Translations under genes and position numbers: made by a program | In this document: piece after piece, positions 63,074 to 64,000 of the stretch | Layout: every line of letters starts with the position of its first letter | How positions within the stretch are numbered: position 1 is the first letter of the stretch | Assembly: GCA_965224085.1 (NCBI GenBank) | Contig: CBDCYI010000005.1 | Span: 1,824,001-1,888,000 of the forward strand | Reading direction: 5' to 3' | DNA from: Candidatus Marinacidobacterales bacterium | GTDB lineage: Bacteria; Acidobacteriota; Vicinamibacteria; Marinacidobacterales; SMYC01 | DNA: 64,000 bases | Notes under the pieces: model-generated | What the model was told of the DNA's origin: nothing | The model's input: only the letters and a program-made list of their open reading frames with translations | Databases searched by the model: none

Positions 63074-64000
63074 CGTCCTGTGCCAAAACTCGGCCCTTTT
63101 GAAATAGGCCATAAATCAACAGCTTAGTGTCTGTGTTTGCGCCGGGGCCAAGGGCCGTAGGCTTTACAATCGTCTGGCCCGAGGGTGTTATCTTCAGATC
63201 CATGATGACGTACCACGTGCAATTCCTACTGCTCGTTCTAGCTGGCTGGGTCAACCGCCAGCAGCAGGATGTGATCGACTACCTGCAAGAGGAGAACCGT
63301 GTGCTCCGAGCCGGGCTTCGGGGCAAGCGTCTCAGGCTCTCGGACGACGATCGGCGCAGGCTCGCGGTCAAGGCCCACGCTTTGGGCCGCGAGGCGCTGG
63401 CCCAGATTGCGTCCGTTGCCACACCCGCTACGCTTCTGCGCTGGTACCGTCACCTCATCGCAGCCAAGTACGATGGCAGCAAGAACCGGAGTCCAGGCCG
63501 ACCTCCGACGGCGAAGGACATCCGTGAGCTCATTGTGCGCGTGGCGCGGGAGAACCCGACGTGGGGATATACGCGCCTGCGAGGCGCACTCAAGAACCTA
63601 GGACATGAACTCGGACGCAACACTATCAAGAGGATCCTCGCCGAGCACGGTATCGCGCCTGCGCCGGAGCGGGGCAGGAGCATGTTGTGGAGCACCTTCA
63701 TCAAGGCTCATTGGGGCGCCATCGCTGCGACAGACCTGTTCACCGTCGAGGTTGTGAACCCGTTCGGGCTCGTCCGCTACCATGTCCTGTTTGTCATCGA
63801 TATCGCCACTCGCTGCGTGTGCATCGGTGGGATGACCTCGGACCCCAACGGGGAGTGGATGAAGCAGGTGGCAAGAAACCTCACTGACATGTGGGATGGT
63901 TTCCTCCTTGGCAAGCGATACCTCATCCACGACCGGGACCCGCTATTCACCGAGGCAGTACGTGGGCTGTTGAGAGATTCAGGCGTGAAGCCCCTCCGCC
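63074..64000 (+). mobile_element. Integrase-core transposon, second copy; transposase from 63202 runs off the window
   Basis: Same left end and coding sequence as the 55931 copy; GKRYLIHDRD is in frame here. Confidence 0.88.

Overview
The left ~40 kb is a GC-rich bacterial chromosome segment spanning the replication origin. It holds the 3' end of uvrA, an IS6-broken rsmG, jag-yidC-yidD-rnpA-rpmH, dnaA-oriC-dnaN-gyrB-gyrA and uvrD/pcrA, followed by a tandem ISNCY-type dimer with a nested IS200. Next come a yvcK(glmR)-glmU-like-glmS operon, rsmI, three nucleotide-sugar genes, a damaged siroheme synthase/sulfite reductase operon, a sulfatase-family lipoprotein and clpC. The right ~23.5 kb is a mobile-element graveyard (IS91, IS3, IS110, IS5, IS1-like and an integrase-core transposon family with many MITE derivatives). 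It also contains gene fragments and a few intact cargo genes: a Cas4-like nuclease, a DUF2188 + PIN pair, an acidic repeat protein, an RRM protein and SNF2 + SWIM. There are two lead candidates for something new. (1) An unannotated 42-aa Cys-x-Cys leader peptide with a hairpin/antiterminator/terminator arrangement upstream of the cysG-sulfite reductase operon, i.e. a probable cysteine-sensing transcriptional attenuator. (2) A GlmU with a degenerate uridyltransferase domain encoded directly behind a YvcK/GlmR gene that could replace that activity. All calls come from reading motifs by eye; no searches or folding were run. Some single-base frameshifts may be sequencing errors.
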